Positions 13,622 through 25,500 of a DNA stretch of 64,000 bases are shown here, one piece after another; positions within the stretch are counted from its first letter, which is position 1, and every line of letters begins with the position of its first letter. The notes beneath the pieces were generated by a model, which saw nothing but the letters and a program-made list of their open reading frames with translations, was not told the DNA's origin and searched no databases. Source of the stretch: Protoeuglena noctilucae (lineage: Eukaryota); NCBI GenBank assembly GCA_958009085.1, contig OY253681.1, forward strand, positions 620,001-684,000, written 5' to 3'. Position numbers and translations under genes: made by a program.

Positions 13622-15398
13622 TTACACGAGCGGCCGTGGGGACCGAGGAGTGTGGTCACCCGAGGCTGGCATGAAGACCCCGGCAGTGCCCCGACCTCCG
13701 TTGGCCTGCGCACGCGACTCCTGAGCCGCGGGGCTCAAATCGATCAAATCCTCTTCGTTGTGGACGACGACCAGGTCCCCGGGACGCGTCAGGGCCGGTT
13801 CGGGCCCAGTCGGTGCGCGCTGCGGGTGCGGAGGCATCGAGGGCAGGTCTGCAACCTGGGACGGGCGTTGCAGCTCCCGCAAAGCTTTCCGCAGCGCTTG
13901 GCCACGCACCTGCGCGCGCCCGTCCTGCACCCACCACCGGGGATTCCACACGGCCTCCCTCTCCGCCTGCGATAGCGCCCGCCGGGCGAGCAGCTGGTCA
14001 ATCTGCGCCGTGAGCCCCGCGTCGCGGGTGGGGTTCTCCTCCACGAGCGCCCGCGCCCGCAGGAGCGCCTCCCGCGCCTCCTTGCCCCTCGCCAGCATCA
14101 TCAGGCACAGGCCCCGCAGGTACCACGCCTCCGTGTCCTCCCCGTCCTCGCGGGACAGCTCCTCCAGGATGCGGGCGGCATCCGCGTAGTCGCTGAGCTC
14201 CACGAGGAGCCGGGCCGTGACCATGCGGAAGTCATACGTGGGAACGAGGCCCGCAGGGAGCCGCGCGCACACCTCGGCCGTGCGGCGGGCCAGGAGCAGC
14301 GCCTCGCCCTGCCGGCCCTGAGTCAGGCGCAGGTCCGCCAGCGCCTGGCACGCCTCGGGGTTCTCGCTGTCGTACCGCAGGGCCTTGTCAAGCAGCTGCT
14401 CGCACTGCTGCTCCGCCTGGGGCTCGGAGAATATGTCCGTCAAGTACACCTTGGCCATCGCGGCCATCACGGCGCCCATGCGGCGGCGGACGCCGTTCAG
14501 CTCGTCCACCACCTCCCGAGGAGCGTCGTCCTCCGCCATCTTGGCCTCCAAGTCGCTGCAACAGAAGGGGCGAGCGTGGACGGTGGGTGCATGCTGTGAA
14601 AGGTGTCGTGGGTGGCTGCTCGTGCTGGCGCGCAGGGAGGCGAGTCCTACCTGTGCTCCCTGCCCAGCAAAGCCAGCGCCGTCGTGAACGCCGCGATCGC
14701 TGCCCGCCCGTGCTCCAAGTGTCCCAGGAGGACGTACTTGGAGTAGCCCCCATCCGGCTGCAGCTCCACGGACCGGGTCGCGAGCTCCCGGGCGCCCTCC
14801 GTGTCACCCATCTCGGCCATGATCTGCGGGGGTCGGGGCAGGGACCCAAAATCAACCTTGGGGCATGGCAAGGCAGGCGTGGCGATGGTGCCAGCTTGGT
14901 CCTCCTCGCTCGCCTCTGCGGCAGAGTCCATCGCTGGCGTGTAGTCCGGGTGATACTCGAGGACCTTGACGTAGAGACGCAACGCTGCCTCGTCGTTGCC
15001 CTTCTCCTCGAGGCGTTTCGCCCGCTCGCACCCCTGCTCGGGGTCCATGAACCGCACGCCGATCTCCTCGAGAAGCCGCGAGGTGCTCCGGTTCGCGTCT
15101 GGCTCCTGTCCCAACAGCTCAATCAGGCTCTGCGAGATACGGGGCGCGAGCGGCGTGGATAAGCGACTGTCGCCGCGCACGGCCTGCAAAGATGACCTGC
15201 AGAGAGCCCCCAGGCGTCGCTGGTCCTACGCGCAGCCTCCCATGGCTCCTGAGATGTCACCTCAAGGCACCGAATGAGCCATTGCAGCGCCGTCGCGATC
15301 CATAGGGCCACGCTGCGGAAGGCCACCGCCACGGGGCCTGGCCGCCCCCGCGCGCGACCCTGCGTGCCCCGGTGGTAGGAGAGAAATGAAGAAAACAT
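13622..15398 (-). CDS. TPR protein similar to ACL4 (assembly chaperone of Rpl4), 4 exons
   Basis: TPR helices: IMAEMGDTEGARELATRSVELQPDGGYSKYVLLGHL; MAKVYLTDIFSEPQAEQQCEQLLDKAL; PEACQALADLRLTQGR; YDFRMVTARLLVEL; EAWYLRG. These follow my recollection of the ACL4 pattern. First exon MFSSFLSYHR..LQWLIR splices in frame. Confidence 0.7.
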
Positions 15399-16006
15399 CT
15401 TGGAAGCAGGACAGACGTCTAGCGATGGCGTCGATTCGCAAAAACCCCCGTGGCCCACCACGCTAGATGTCGAGGCCTGCGCGCGGACAGCGGGCGCCGG
15501 CGTCGCCCCGCGCTCCCCGCGCAAGGCAACTACAGCTTCTCTGAGCCTATGGACGAAAGGAAGCGACTCGGCGCGCCGTCCCCTCGGATGTTGGCGCGGC
15601 GGGGTCCAGCGCAGCAGCCGGAAACACGGCGAGTCACGCTCCGCCCGTGCCTTTCTTGCATTTGTCGCCTAAGAACGAATCTTCCCTACGCGCAAGGCCC
15701 TCCCGCGACGCAAGGGACGCCCAAAGTCACCTTCATGCGTGCCTCCTTGCCCGAAGAGCCACCCCAGCCTGCCCTGCGACCCTCCAAATCATCAGCATGC
15801 AGCGCCTCGGCTCCTGGCCCGCGCCCTCGGATGGTCAACGCTGAGATTTCTTTGCGCGCCCTAAAAACGTCTTCTAGCCGCGTACTTCAATTCTTCTTCG
15901 CCAAGACGACGACTGCAGAGCGCGGGGCTTGCGAGGAGGTCCAGAGCGCATAAAACGCCAGTGCCCACATATGCGAGCGTCAGACAGGACTGCTACCCGC
16001 CGCCGT

Positions 16007-18334
16007 CTAGTCGAGCTCATCGGCAGCCGAGACATTGACGCGGACCTTGACCCCCAACACCGGCCTCGGGCGCGCAGCCTCCCCAGACGCCACTGGGCCC
16101 GACCCCGAAGAGCCCTGCCCAGCGTCTCCGGCCTGCGCGGGGTAGTACCCCAGCCCACGCTCGCCCGTCTTGAATACCATGCCTGGGCGAGGGCCGAGGA
16201 ACTCGGTGGCTGCCACGAACCCCCCAGCAGGCGCCTCGGCAGCTCCAGCACCGCTCCTGGCGCCGCCCCCGACCGCCGTGGCCTCGCCCGGCGAGGCTGC
16301 CGTGCCAGCCCGCGCGGTGTCCACTTCCCTGTGACGACAATGAATGCCCCTTTTCACATTGCAATGCGCCGGCATCACGAGCATCGAGCGGTGCATGGCA
16401 CCGCGCTACTGGGATGCCACAACGCAACGCCTGCCATTTCTTCTCACCTGCTGCGCTGGGCATGGACCTCGCGCCACCGCCGCATATTCTCCGACTCCTC
16501 GACTAAGGCCTGGTCCCCTCCGCTCTCTGCCTCCTTGGGTGGGCCCTCTACGTGCCCGCCACACATCGGCCCCGTCTCATCAGCCTCGGCCTCAGGTCTC
16601 TGGACCTCAGGTGATTCCGCCGTCCCCTCCACGTCTGCATCGGCACCCTGGTCAGCAGCCTGTGCGGGTGTGACCGTGGCCGGTGGCGCAGGTGGGGGTC
16701 GAACCGGCAGTGTCACGGAGAGCTCTTCCCTGGCCTTGTCGAACTTAGCCTTGCCCTTGGCGTCGTCCACTGCGAGGGCCGAGAAGCTCCGGCAATGAGG
16801 CTCCTCAGCAGCACCCCTGCCAGGTGTGCACGCATCTCGGCAGGCACATAGTGGGCCGACAAGCCACGTCGCAGATGGAATGCATATTGCAACCCCCCGG
16901 CTAAGCCAGCGCACCTGGGTAAGGTAGTGCGATCTCCAGGCGGTACTTCCCCGGCACGACGAGGCTGAGGGACCGCTCCGACACATCGAGCGTGCAGGCG
17001 GCCGCTCCCTCCACGCCCGGCAGGCGCACGCGCACGTCGAGGGAAGCGGGGCGCGTGTGGTTCGCGTGGATGCGCGCGTCGCGCCACACGTCCGGCAGCT
17101 CCGCGAGGCCCACGTGCAGGATGCGGTGCGCGGGAACAACCTCCCCCGATGCATAGCGGTACCCCGCCTCGCCCTCGGCCTTGGGGGCCTCGGGGCCCTT
17201 GACGGCCTTGCCGAAGTCGAAGGCGGGGGCGGAAGGGCGCGCGGCGGGGGCCACCGGAGCCGGGGCGGGCTCCGAGACGGTCGGGGCGCCCGCGCTCGGC
17301 AGCGGCGGCACTCGGCCCATGGTGGACGGGGACGCACCGCTGTTGGAGCGCACGGCGAGGACGGACGGCTTGTCGTAGCCCTGCGTACGCAACGTGGGGC
17401 GGAGCGTCAGGGGGCGTGGTTTGATCACAACGCTTCCAGGACGGCACACGCATGCGCAGTGGCAGAGGCGTGTCGCCGCGCAGCGTCATTGCGCTCTGAT
17501 CCCCACTCCTCACCTCCACGCCCTTGTAGCTGGCCTTGGATAGCTTCCACTCCCTCGACAAGGAGAGCCCCCGTGCCTTCTCGACCTCCTCCACCGCGCT
17601 CATCTCCACCATGCGCCGGAAGGCAGCGTTGCGCTGGGCCAGCTGGCGCGTCTCCGGGTGGATGACAAAGTCGTGCGTGGTGTAGGCGCGCCCCTTTGAG
17701 TCCTTGCCCTCCCTGCACGCGTCAAGTGCTGGGCGAGTCGAGTCCTCCCGCTTGCCGGCAAACGTTGCCGGCAAGCGACCTCAAGCGTCGCCGAGGCAGC
17801 ACACTGTGCTGCCGAAGTGGCGATGGCCCCCGTTCCGTCACCTCTGGGGCCCCAGGTTCAGAGGGATGCTCCACTGGCCACCCGCGCCGGCCTTGGCTGG
17901 GTCGACCTTCTCGCTGATGCACACGTTTACGTAGCACCGGCGCTTGGACTCCACCTCCTCTGTACGGAACACCCACGCCGGCTCGGGGATGACCAGCACC
18001 ACGCCAGGCCCGTACACTTCGCCCGCACGCGCCTCCCGCTCGATCTGGCGGAGGTACTCGTCGGTCTCCGCGCGCACGCTCGGGTCCGAGATCTCCTTCA
18101 GGTAGTCCTCGAACATGTCCCGGAATTTGGGGTCCTTCATCGCCTTGGCCCATCGGTCTGCACGGCGGCGGGGCGGACCAACCGTGGACCCGTGGCAGCC
18201 CCATCTGACCCCACAGCGCCATCTGCGCGCGTCCCTGTGTCCTCACCCGTCTCCTCCGCGCTCAGCTTCATGTCCTTGAAGCCCTGCATCGCCGCGTCGA
18301 CGAATTCGTCCTTGAAAGCCGGCCCCGTCGTCAT
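16007..18334 (-). CDS. DNAAF2: Kintoun/PF13 (DNAAF2), PIH1-domain axonemal dynein assembly factor
   Basis: KAMKDPKFRDMFEDYLKEISDP..RAETDEYLRQIE, PEPAWVFRT, YVNVC, WSIPLNLGP, DSKGRAYTTHDFVIHP, and a CS domain RPASLDVRVRLPGV..YRLEIALPY|AVDDAKGKAKFDKAREELSVTLPV. Confidence 0.9.
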
Positions 18335-18811
18335 TCCTCCCGCGGCGTCGCGCAGGGCCGAAGGCCGTGCGATGCTTGAACGCGTTACCTTGAGGACAGG
18401 AGCCACAGATAACAACGGAGATCTGCGGACCGCGGGGAGGCACTCAAGCCTGGTAAGACCAAAAATAGGACTCTTCCTGTTGCGCACGGGGCGTCGGCGA
18501 GGTCCGCAACGCCGTTCAGGACAAGGTCTCAGCAGTGACTTTCATCTACCGAGCTCGGGCGCCCTCCTCGCCCCTCCTCGCACCTGGGCACGAGCTGTGC
18601 GCGGAGAGCACCGGGACGGTTGCCTGAGCAATGCTCCAGGTTACGACAGCGGCGAGCCTAGTTTAGCCATGTGTGCATGCGACAGCAGAGGGTGACGAAG
18701 TGATGACCTCGTCCAGGCTTCAAAAACGCTTCTACTGGCGCTGCGGCACGGCCCGCCGAGCAATCTTAGCAAAAAGAGTCACTCAGTTCATTCAATAATC
18801 ATCCAGCAAAG

Positions 18812-19493
18812 CTAAGATTTCGCGTACTTTGGCGCGTAGGCCTGCTTCTTGGTCTCAGCCCTTGACTTGAGACTCTCTGCAGCAGGAATAGGGGCAGGGT
18901 CAGCTGAGGATGAGGACGCAAGGGCGTGACGTGCGCAGCACAGCTCAATCACGCACTCGTCTGGCGCAAGGGGGCCAGCAACCAACGGTCACCTCGGTAG
19001 ACATCCGAAGAAATAGCCGCAAACGTGGCCCGTGCCGTCGTGGTCGCCCCATCCAGCCTGAGCGTAAAAGCACATGGGGCTAGGTGCAACCAAGCAACAC
19101 CTCACGGGCACGGCCCCTAGCGTCGGGACATGCGGACGTTGAAGTGGTGTCATGACCCTCCATTTCCTGCTCACCCGGTGCTCGTCGGGTGGTGCTGCAG
19201 GATGTTGGCCTGGCGCCCCTGAACGAAGCCCGAGTAGTCCTCCTGCCAGTTTCCAATTAAGACCCTGCAGGTGACGGGAGGCTCGAAAGCTGTCTCCGGG
19301 CGCGGCAGGGGCAGCTACGCCATGTCACATGTGTGCGCCAGGTGGGGCGCACAGAGGCGCAAGCTTTCACGGCCCAGACTGCTCACCCATGACGGTACTG
19401 GTTCTTATGAGCGCTCAGGCCGACCCCAGTGCCGCATGCTCGCGACCAGTGCGTGAGGCCGATCCCCTCCTCCTCCACGTAGTCATCCGCCAT
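18812..19493 (-). CDS. Small GNW-motif protein (~105 aa), probable flagellar microtubule inner protein of the CFAP68/CFAP95/CFAP107 type; 4 exons
   Basis: Not intact in the ORF track. Spliced by hand: MADDYVEEEGIGLTHWSRACGTGVGLSAHKNQYRHG|VLIGNWQEDYSGFVQGRQANILQHHPTSTG|LDGATTTARATFAAISSDVYR|ESLKSRAETKKQAYAPKYAKS*. All junctions are GT-AG and in phase. Confidence 0.7.
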
Positions 19494-19781
19494 GGCGACG
19501 ACTCCGATGCCTCCTCTAATCCTCAGTGCTTCGCTGAGACGAATGCCGGCCCCTTCACCGGGCCGCAATGAACGCGAGGACCAGCTTACTTCCAATCCTC
19601 GCCTCTGCGCTCAAGGATCGTCTCCAGCACACCCCAAGGCTCACTCATCAGGCGGTTCTCTAACGCCGCAGCGTGCGAGGTTGTGGCGCGCGAGGCCAGA
19701 GGACTCACGATGCGCCAGTTGTGCTGCAGGAATGGCTATGCGTGCGTTATTGGATGCTCTCCTGGACCTTGCGCCAGGTCA

Positions 19782-20872
19782 ATGCTAAGGCTTGTGTCCC
19801 ACACGTCGGAGGCTGCGGCGGGCGCGAAGATGGAGCACGTTCGCGTGCTGAGCGCTCCCCCGCTCACCCACGTGCCCCCTGTGGCGCGCCGGAGCTCCTT
19901 TGTACTCGCGCTGAGAAGGTAATTGCATGATATCTGTACCTGAGCAAGAGTTTGGGCTGTCCATCGGTCCGATGCCTCTCATGGGAGCATGGGGCATTGC
20001 GCCTTGTTTGACTTGGCCCATGGCCCCGTCACGGCATCGATCGGAGCTCTAGATTGCATGTCGCAACCCTTTCAAGCCTGCCGGACATGACATGGGTTGG
20101 CAGCACTCCGTCCTCCACAGGGCGGGCAATGGGGGGAGTGGCTGGGGCGGGGGTGGCCGGTCCGGGGGCGGGGGCGGGGGCGGGGGCGGGGGCGGGGATG
20201 GCGAGAGGAAGGAGGAAGGAGGGTTTGACTGGACCGTGGCTGCTGTGGCTGCCCTTGTGGGCCCGCCATACCTGCAGCCAACCACGGCAGAGGCGAAGAC
20301 AACCCCCAAGCCCCGCGGCAAGCAGTCATCCAAGCAGGAAGAGTTCTCGACCGACGCCCTCATCGACGCCATCAAGGTACGGGGGGATGTGTGCTCTTGA
20401 GGTGGCAGCCCAGCAGCGCACACCCCCCCATACATTATATTGTGCCCTTTTTTGCCCATGCACAGGGTCCGGTAGGGAAAAATATGGGCATCTCGTTCCT
20501 CGCCGGCCTGTGCTCGGCGGCTCTCTTCAAGGCCGTCGCGCGCGGCGCCGCTGTGGCCTTCGGCCTCGTCTTCTGCTCCATCCAGCTCCTGGCCATGGCG
20601 GGCATCGTGCAGGTGGACTGGGTCAAGGCGGGCAAGATGGTGGAGAGGTTCACGGACTTAAACAGCGATGGTGACCCGTGCGCCTAGCCCAGCACATCTG
20701 CGAGCTCCCCGTGCCCGAGGCGAGCCATCTAGCGAGGCGCTTCTCTGCAGGCAAGTTCGACAACGAGGACGTCAAGCTGCTCGTCAGCCGGGCCACGGGT
20801 GTCCTCGGGGACGGGCTGCCCTCGGTGGGGGGCTTCATTGCCGGACTCCACACGGGGCTCAGCTTCTTCTAA
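19782..20872 (+). CDS. FUN14-family membrane protein with a probable organellar transit peptide and poly-Gly linker, 4 exons
   Basis: MGISFLAGLCSAALFKAVARGAAVAFGLVFCSIQLLAMAGIVQVDW and LPSVGGFIAGLHTGL* match FUN14. Exon 1 (ATG 19782 or 19830) splices in phase to RAGNGGSGWGGGG. Confidence 0.8.
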
Positions 20873-20971
20873 CGCTGTGCTACTACTGTGCCATTGCACG
20901 ACCCAACACCGGCACTGAGACGTACTTCAAAGTCGGAGTTGGGAAGGGTGGGATGTGGCAACAGAGCTGGT

Positions 20972-22157
20972 TTACACCCCCATAAAAGAGGGTCCCGCAA
21001 CGCGCGGCTTCGACGTGCAGACGTCCTGACCCTGGCACTCGAGCTTGAGGTCGTCGGTGATGAACTTGACGCCGCGGCCGAACTCAGCCTCGTTCTCGCA
21101 GCCCAGGAAGTTGAAAGGGAACCTGTGGGACGGAAGGGCAAGAGGAGTGGTACGCCTGTTAACCACAGCATACCCTCTCATCTGTGCGATGCAAGGCTGC
21201 AAGTGGCTCACTTGCAGGTGCCGTCCGTGACCGTGCGAGAGCGGGCGAAGTTGGCGTACGACGTGTACAGGCGCTTCTGTGGCAACGAAGGGGAAGACGA
21301 CGTGCGTGAGACTAGCCAAGTCAGCTAGCCCTACTTGCCCAGGCTTCGTGAACTACCCCTGCTTGTCCAGGCGTGCTCTTTGATGCTCACCTTGTCGTTC
21401 AGCTCCTTGTTGGCCTGCGTCTTGGCCAGGAGGTCCGACTCGAGCGAAGCGAACGCGGGCGTGGCGTTCAGGAGCACCAGCGCGGCGGCCGCGGCGGCGA
21501 AGGAGGCCTTGCCGGCATCGGCACGGGCAACCTGCGCGGATGGCACGCAATGGGGCCGCGTCGGGGGCCCGCCAATCGCCCAACGCGCACCACGTGGCTT
21601 CCCGTAGCCACTATGGCTCCTAGCTGAAGCACTGGCCCTGATGACCACCTCTGACCATTGCTTGCGTTTGCAGCCTCGCAGCGGAACCGTTCGCGGCCCC
21701 ATCAAGCGGGCCGGGGACCCCCGCGCACGCGATTTGGCCAGCCTGGCCATGCAAGCCCCCGGGGCGCCTGGCGACGAGACAAGGGGCGCGATGTGCGCGA
21801 AACGGGAACACTCGACCAAAGAATGAGCCCGGGCCCGCGTCTCACGCCCGGCGGTCGAGGAGAGATCATCGTCCGAGCGGGACGGATTCGCGAGCTCCAG
21901 GTGGGGCCCCGCGCGGCGCAGGGCTGCAGCGCCACCCAACGTGATCGGAAAAACGCTGGCGGCAGGAAACCGACGGGCCTGGCGCCGGGGCGGGCGACAT
22001 CGGGGCACCGAATCTGCGCGGCCCCGTCGTTGGGGGCGCGCGCGACGAGATGACATGCACATCGTTCGCGATCTGAAACGCATGGCGGCGTGCTCACCAC
22101 GCGGGCCCGGGTGGTCTTCGCCTGCACGGCGGGGGGGACACGGGAAGCGCAGATCAT
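20972..22157 (-). CDS. PSAN: Photosystem I reaction centre subunit N, 4 exons
   Basis: MICASRVPPAVQAKTTRARV|VARADAGKASFAAAAAALVLLNATPAFA (bipartite transit peptide, AxA cleavage) SLESDLLAKTQANKELNDK|KRLYTSYANFARSRTVTDGTCK|FPFNFLGCENEAEFGRGVKFITDDLKLECQGQDVC..*. The four conserved Cys are present. Confidence 0.93.
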
Positions 22158-22560
22158 CTTTGTTGGGTGGACTGTTGTGCCAGCGCGGGGGTGCTACAAG
22201 GATGCCGGGTCTCTCGGCGAAAGTCCAGCGGCGAGGGCAGTTGGAGACGCTGGGAGACAGGCAACTGGCGCGTCGACGCGCGACGGATCGGCGCGAGGAG
22301 GGGTGTTTTCCACAGCAACCAGCATTCACACGGCGCCTTGTTTGACACACACAAACATGCAAGCGCAGGGAAAAAAGCAAGCAGCAGGACATCATCAGGG
22401 TTCGGCCGTGGAGACGCACTGCCAGCGGAAACGGCAGGATCCTGGAAACGTGAGGAGCTGCCAAAAGGGGCTGAGTAAAGAAGCACGGGCAAGTCAAAGA
22501 GGAAAGGCGCTGGCAGCAGAGCACTATCAACATCATGATGAGCATCAACCCTCACGTGTG

Positions 22561-25500
22561 TCATGACCATGGGAGGGACAGCATCGGGACGAGCTTGGCC
22601 CGCACCTTCTGCGGCACCGCGCCCCAGTGAGCCTCCCACGTGCCATCCTTCGTCAGGAGTTGCTGGTAAGACTCGAAGGTCTGCTTCATGGCATCCTGGA
22701 GGCAAGGAGCGCTTAGGAGCTTTGAACTGCGCAGCCAATGCGACATGCAAGTGGCAGCGAGGCGAGGACGTTCCGGGTGTCATGCTGGCGATATCACTGC
22801 GGATGTCCTGCCCACACCAGCCAGCCAGCCAACCCCTGCACGGTTCTCACCTGGAGGGTGGGGAACTGCGCGAGCCGCCGCGGCGACCAGGACGCGAAAG
22901 CAGTGCAGAGGGCGGCGAAGGCCTGGGGGGACACCAGGGCCCCCCGTGGGTTCTTGGCCACGCAATGGCAGAGGCCGAGGCAGGCGTGGGACTTCTCGTC
23001 ACCGTCCCTGCGTGCGCAACGACCCATGGGTGACAGACCCGCGTTCCCCATCCATGGAACCATCTGGTACTATCCTTGACAGCCCACGGGGCTCCTTTTT
23101 GGCATTGGAACTCAACCACGTCACGTCACCCATGGGGCGGCCCCTGGGTCACCCCGCCACCTCAGTCCCATAGCCCTCACCTGCCCATGGCGTCCAAGGC
23201 TGCACTCCACGGCACCACGAGGTGCTCGAGGAATGGGGCCACCTCGTCGTCGCAGCGCATGGCCACGCGCCCCAGGGCGATGGCGGCGTTGTCCACGATC
23301 GAGCGCGGGAAGTGGCCCCGGCTGGCCAGGAGGATGCCGTAGAGGCGCTCCGCCGCGGCACGGGCGTACTGGCGCACCGAGTCAGCGTCGAGGCGCATAG
23401 TCAGCTCCCTGAGGGTGGCAGAGGGTAGCCATCAGCATCGCCCACGATACCACCATACCACCACCGCCACCATCCCAGCTCCACCTGGGGATTGACAACA
23501 GCAACAGACAAACCATGCAGGGGCGGGAGAAAGGATTACCGCCCTCTGCGCGTGCCTCACCCCAGGCACCAGCACGCGTTGTTGGAGGCGTTGACGGTGG
23601 CCGTGTTGATGACACGGACATCGGCATTGTCCAGGCACAGACCCACCAGGTTGGCCGCCACAGGGCTCAGCAGCGACACGCACGACTTGGCCATCTCTCC
23701 CGCGACACTGCGTGGGCCAGGGGTCACGGCACAGCTTGCACACGCGTGGCGAGATGAGCTGCGACTTGTTGCGCGGATGCAGTGCTCCAAGAGCCGAGAC
23801 GGGCCACAGCTGGCCCAGCGCACCTGAACCCACACTGCCGGATGTCCGGCATATCGTCCGCCACGCACGCCATGGCCAGCTGTGCCGCCTTGCCGGCCTC
23901 CAAGGCTCCCTGACACGACGCTCCCAGCGCCTCCACCAAAGCCGACAGCAGGTCCATGGCCACGATCACAAAGTAGCAGTCGAAGTCGGGTGAGTGGCGC
24001 TGCGGGGAGCGGGAGCGGCGATTCACGGTGGACTAGACTAGGCGGAACGGGACCTACACCACACTGTCTTGCCAGAACAAACCACTTGCCATCTCCCTTA
24101 CCTGGGTCATGTGCATCTGGGCGATGTGCAAAGCACGCTCCACCACGCCGCCCGCATAGGGCGCGAAGGCCGCCCCTGCCGCCTGGACAACGCTCGTGAG
24201 CCCTTCCAGCAACGGCAGCAAGCCGCGGTCCGTGTCGCCCATCCCCTGCCACTTGCTGCGGAGGAGCGAGCGGGTACGGGCGGTGTCAGAGACAGGAGGG
24301 GGTCGAGCAAAGGAACAACGCGGTCCATTCACCTCAGTCTCGACCGATCGCGTCGCCTTCCTGACTCAGTGCCAGCCCCGCACTCCCTCACCCGAGGATG
24401 GCAGGCACGATGGCTGCGAGATGTTCGGGCGTCCCCATGACGGGCCCCGCTGCCTCTGAGATGCTGGCCAGGGCGTCGTACAGACGGACGAGGGACGACG
24501 GCCCAAACTCCTCGATCCCCGAGGCGAAGACCCTCAGCAGGTGCTCGAGCTGCAGGGAGAGCTCTCCCTGGGGCACGTCTTCCGCCAGGTTGGCCAGGGA
24601 ACTGCATGCGGCCTCCTGCACGCGTCGGTTGCGGTCGCGGACGCGGGCGATGATCCCGGAGAGGACTCCCTGGACGGCGTCGGGGGGCAGGTTGAGGCCC
24701 GGGGGCACCTCGATGGGCGCGCACGAGACAAAGAGGTTCATGAAACGCGACAGCGTCCAGCAGGTGATGGACCTGCACGGCGGGCGCAGGCATTGTGGGA
24801 AACGAGCACAGGTGTGGGGAGAGGGTACGGTTGTTCTTGCAAGGTTGCGCTTTTGTGCTGGGTGAGGTGGGCGGGCAGGGGCTCGCCTGACGAGGGGGTG
24901 TGGGTGGTCCAGCTGGGGCAAGAGGGTGGCGTAGATGCCGCTGATGTGTGGGGTGAACCCTGCAATGAGGGAAGTCAGTGCAGTTCATGTGGGCCCCGCA
25001 GAACGGGCCACCGAAGCAGCCACACGCGCCGTGTCGCTACCTCCTCACCGTTGTAGCACCCCGCAGCCATGGCCCCCAGGGCCAGGGTGGCGCTTTCCTT
25101 GCTCTTCCAGTTCCCCGGGCCCTCGCCGAGCTTCCGGTGAATGACGGGCAGGGCACTGGGCAGCATCGCGTCTGCGTCATCACGAAGTTGGGTTCTATGG
25201 TCAAACACCGTGAGCTGACCAGGGAATAAACGCAGGATATAGTGCTCGTTCGGAACCCCGTGCGCCGCCTCTCACCGTCAAACACCGTGCACAGGAGGTC
25301 CAGTGCCTGCGCCGCTGCCTTGCGCAGCGACCAGTGCCACCCCGAGTCGCCACCCTCCTCGTCCTCCGCTGCCCCTGCGCCTTGCAGCAGACCCTTGGGG
25401 ACGAACGGCCGGGCCTCCGAGGGACGCTCCGGGAGCTCGCCCTCCTCCGCTGCCAGGACGTCGTCGTCGTCGTCTTGGTAATCCATCTGTGAAAGCCGAG

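Noticed and set aside
18762..18819. 9-bp inverted repeat AATCTTAGC/GCTAAGATT around a stop codon
   Set aside because: It is too short to distinguish from chance, and there are no TSD or SECIS features.
18334..18830. Possible spliced fusion of the short GNW gene into Kintoun (a phase-compatible donor and acceptor exist)
   Set aside because: The GNW gene has a TAG followed by AT-rich UTR-like sequence, and Kintoun has its own plausible ATG. There is no positive evidence for a fusion.
5546..20974. Alternative genetic code (TAA/TAG = Gln, as in some ulvophytes)
   Set aside because: TAG and TAA terminate conserved proteins at their expected ends (Fluc, nucleoporin, FUN14, PsaN), and no in-frame TAR codon was needed in conserved exons.
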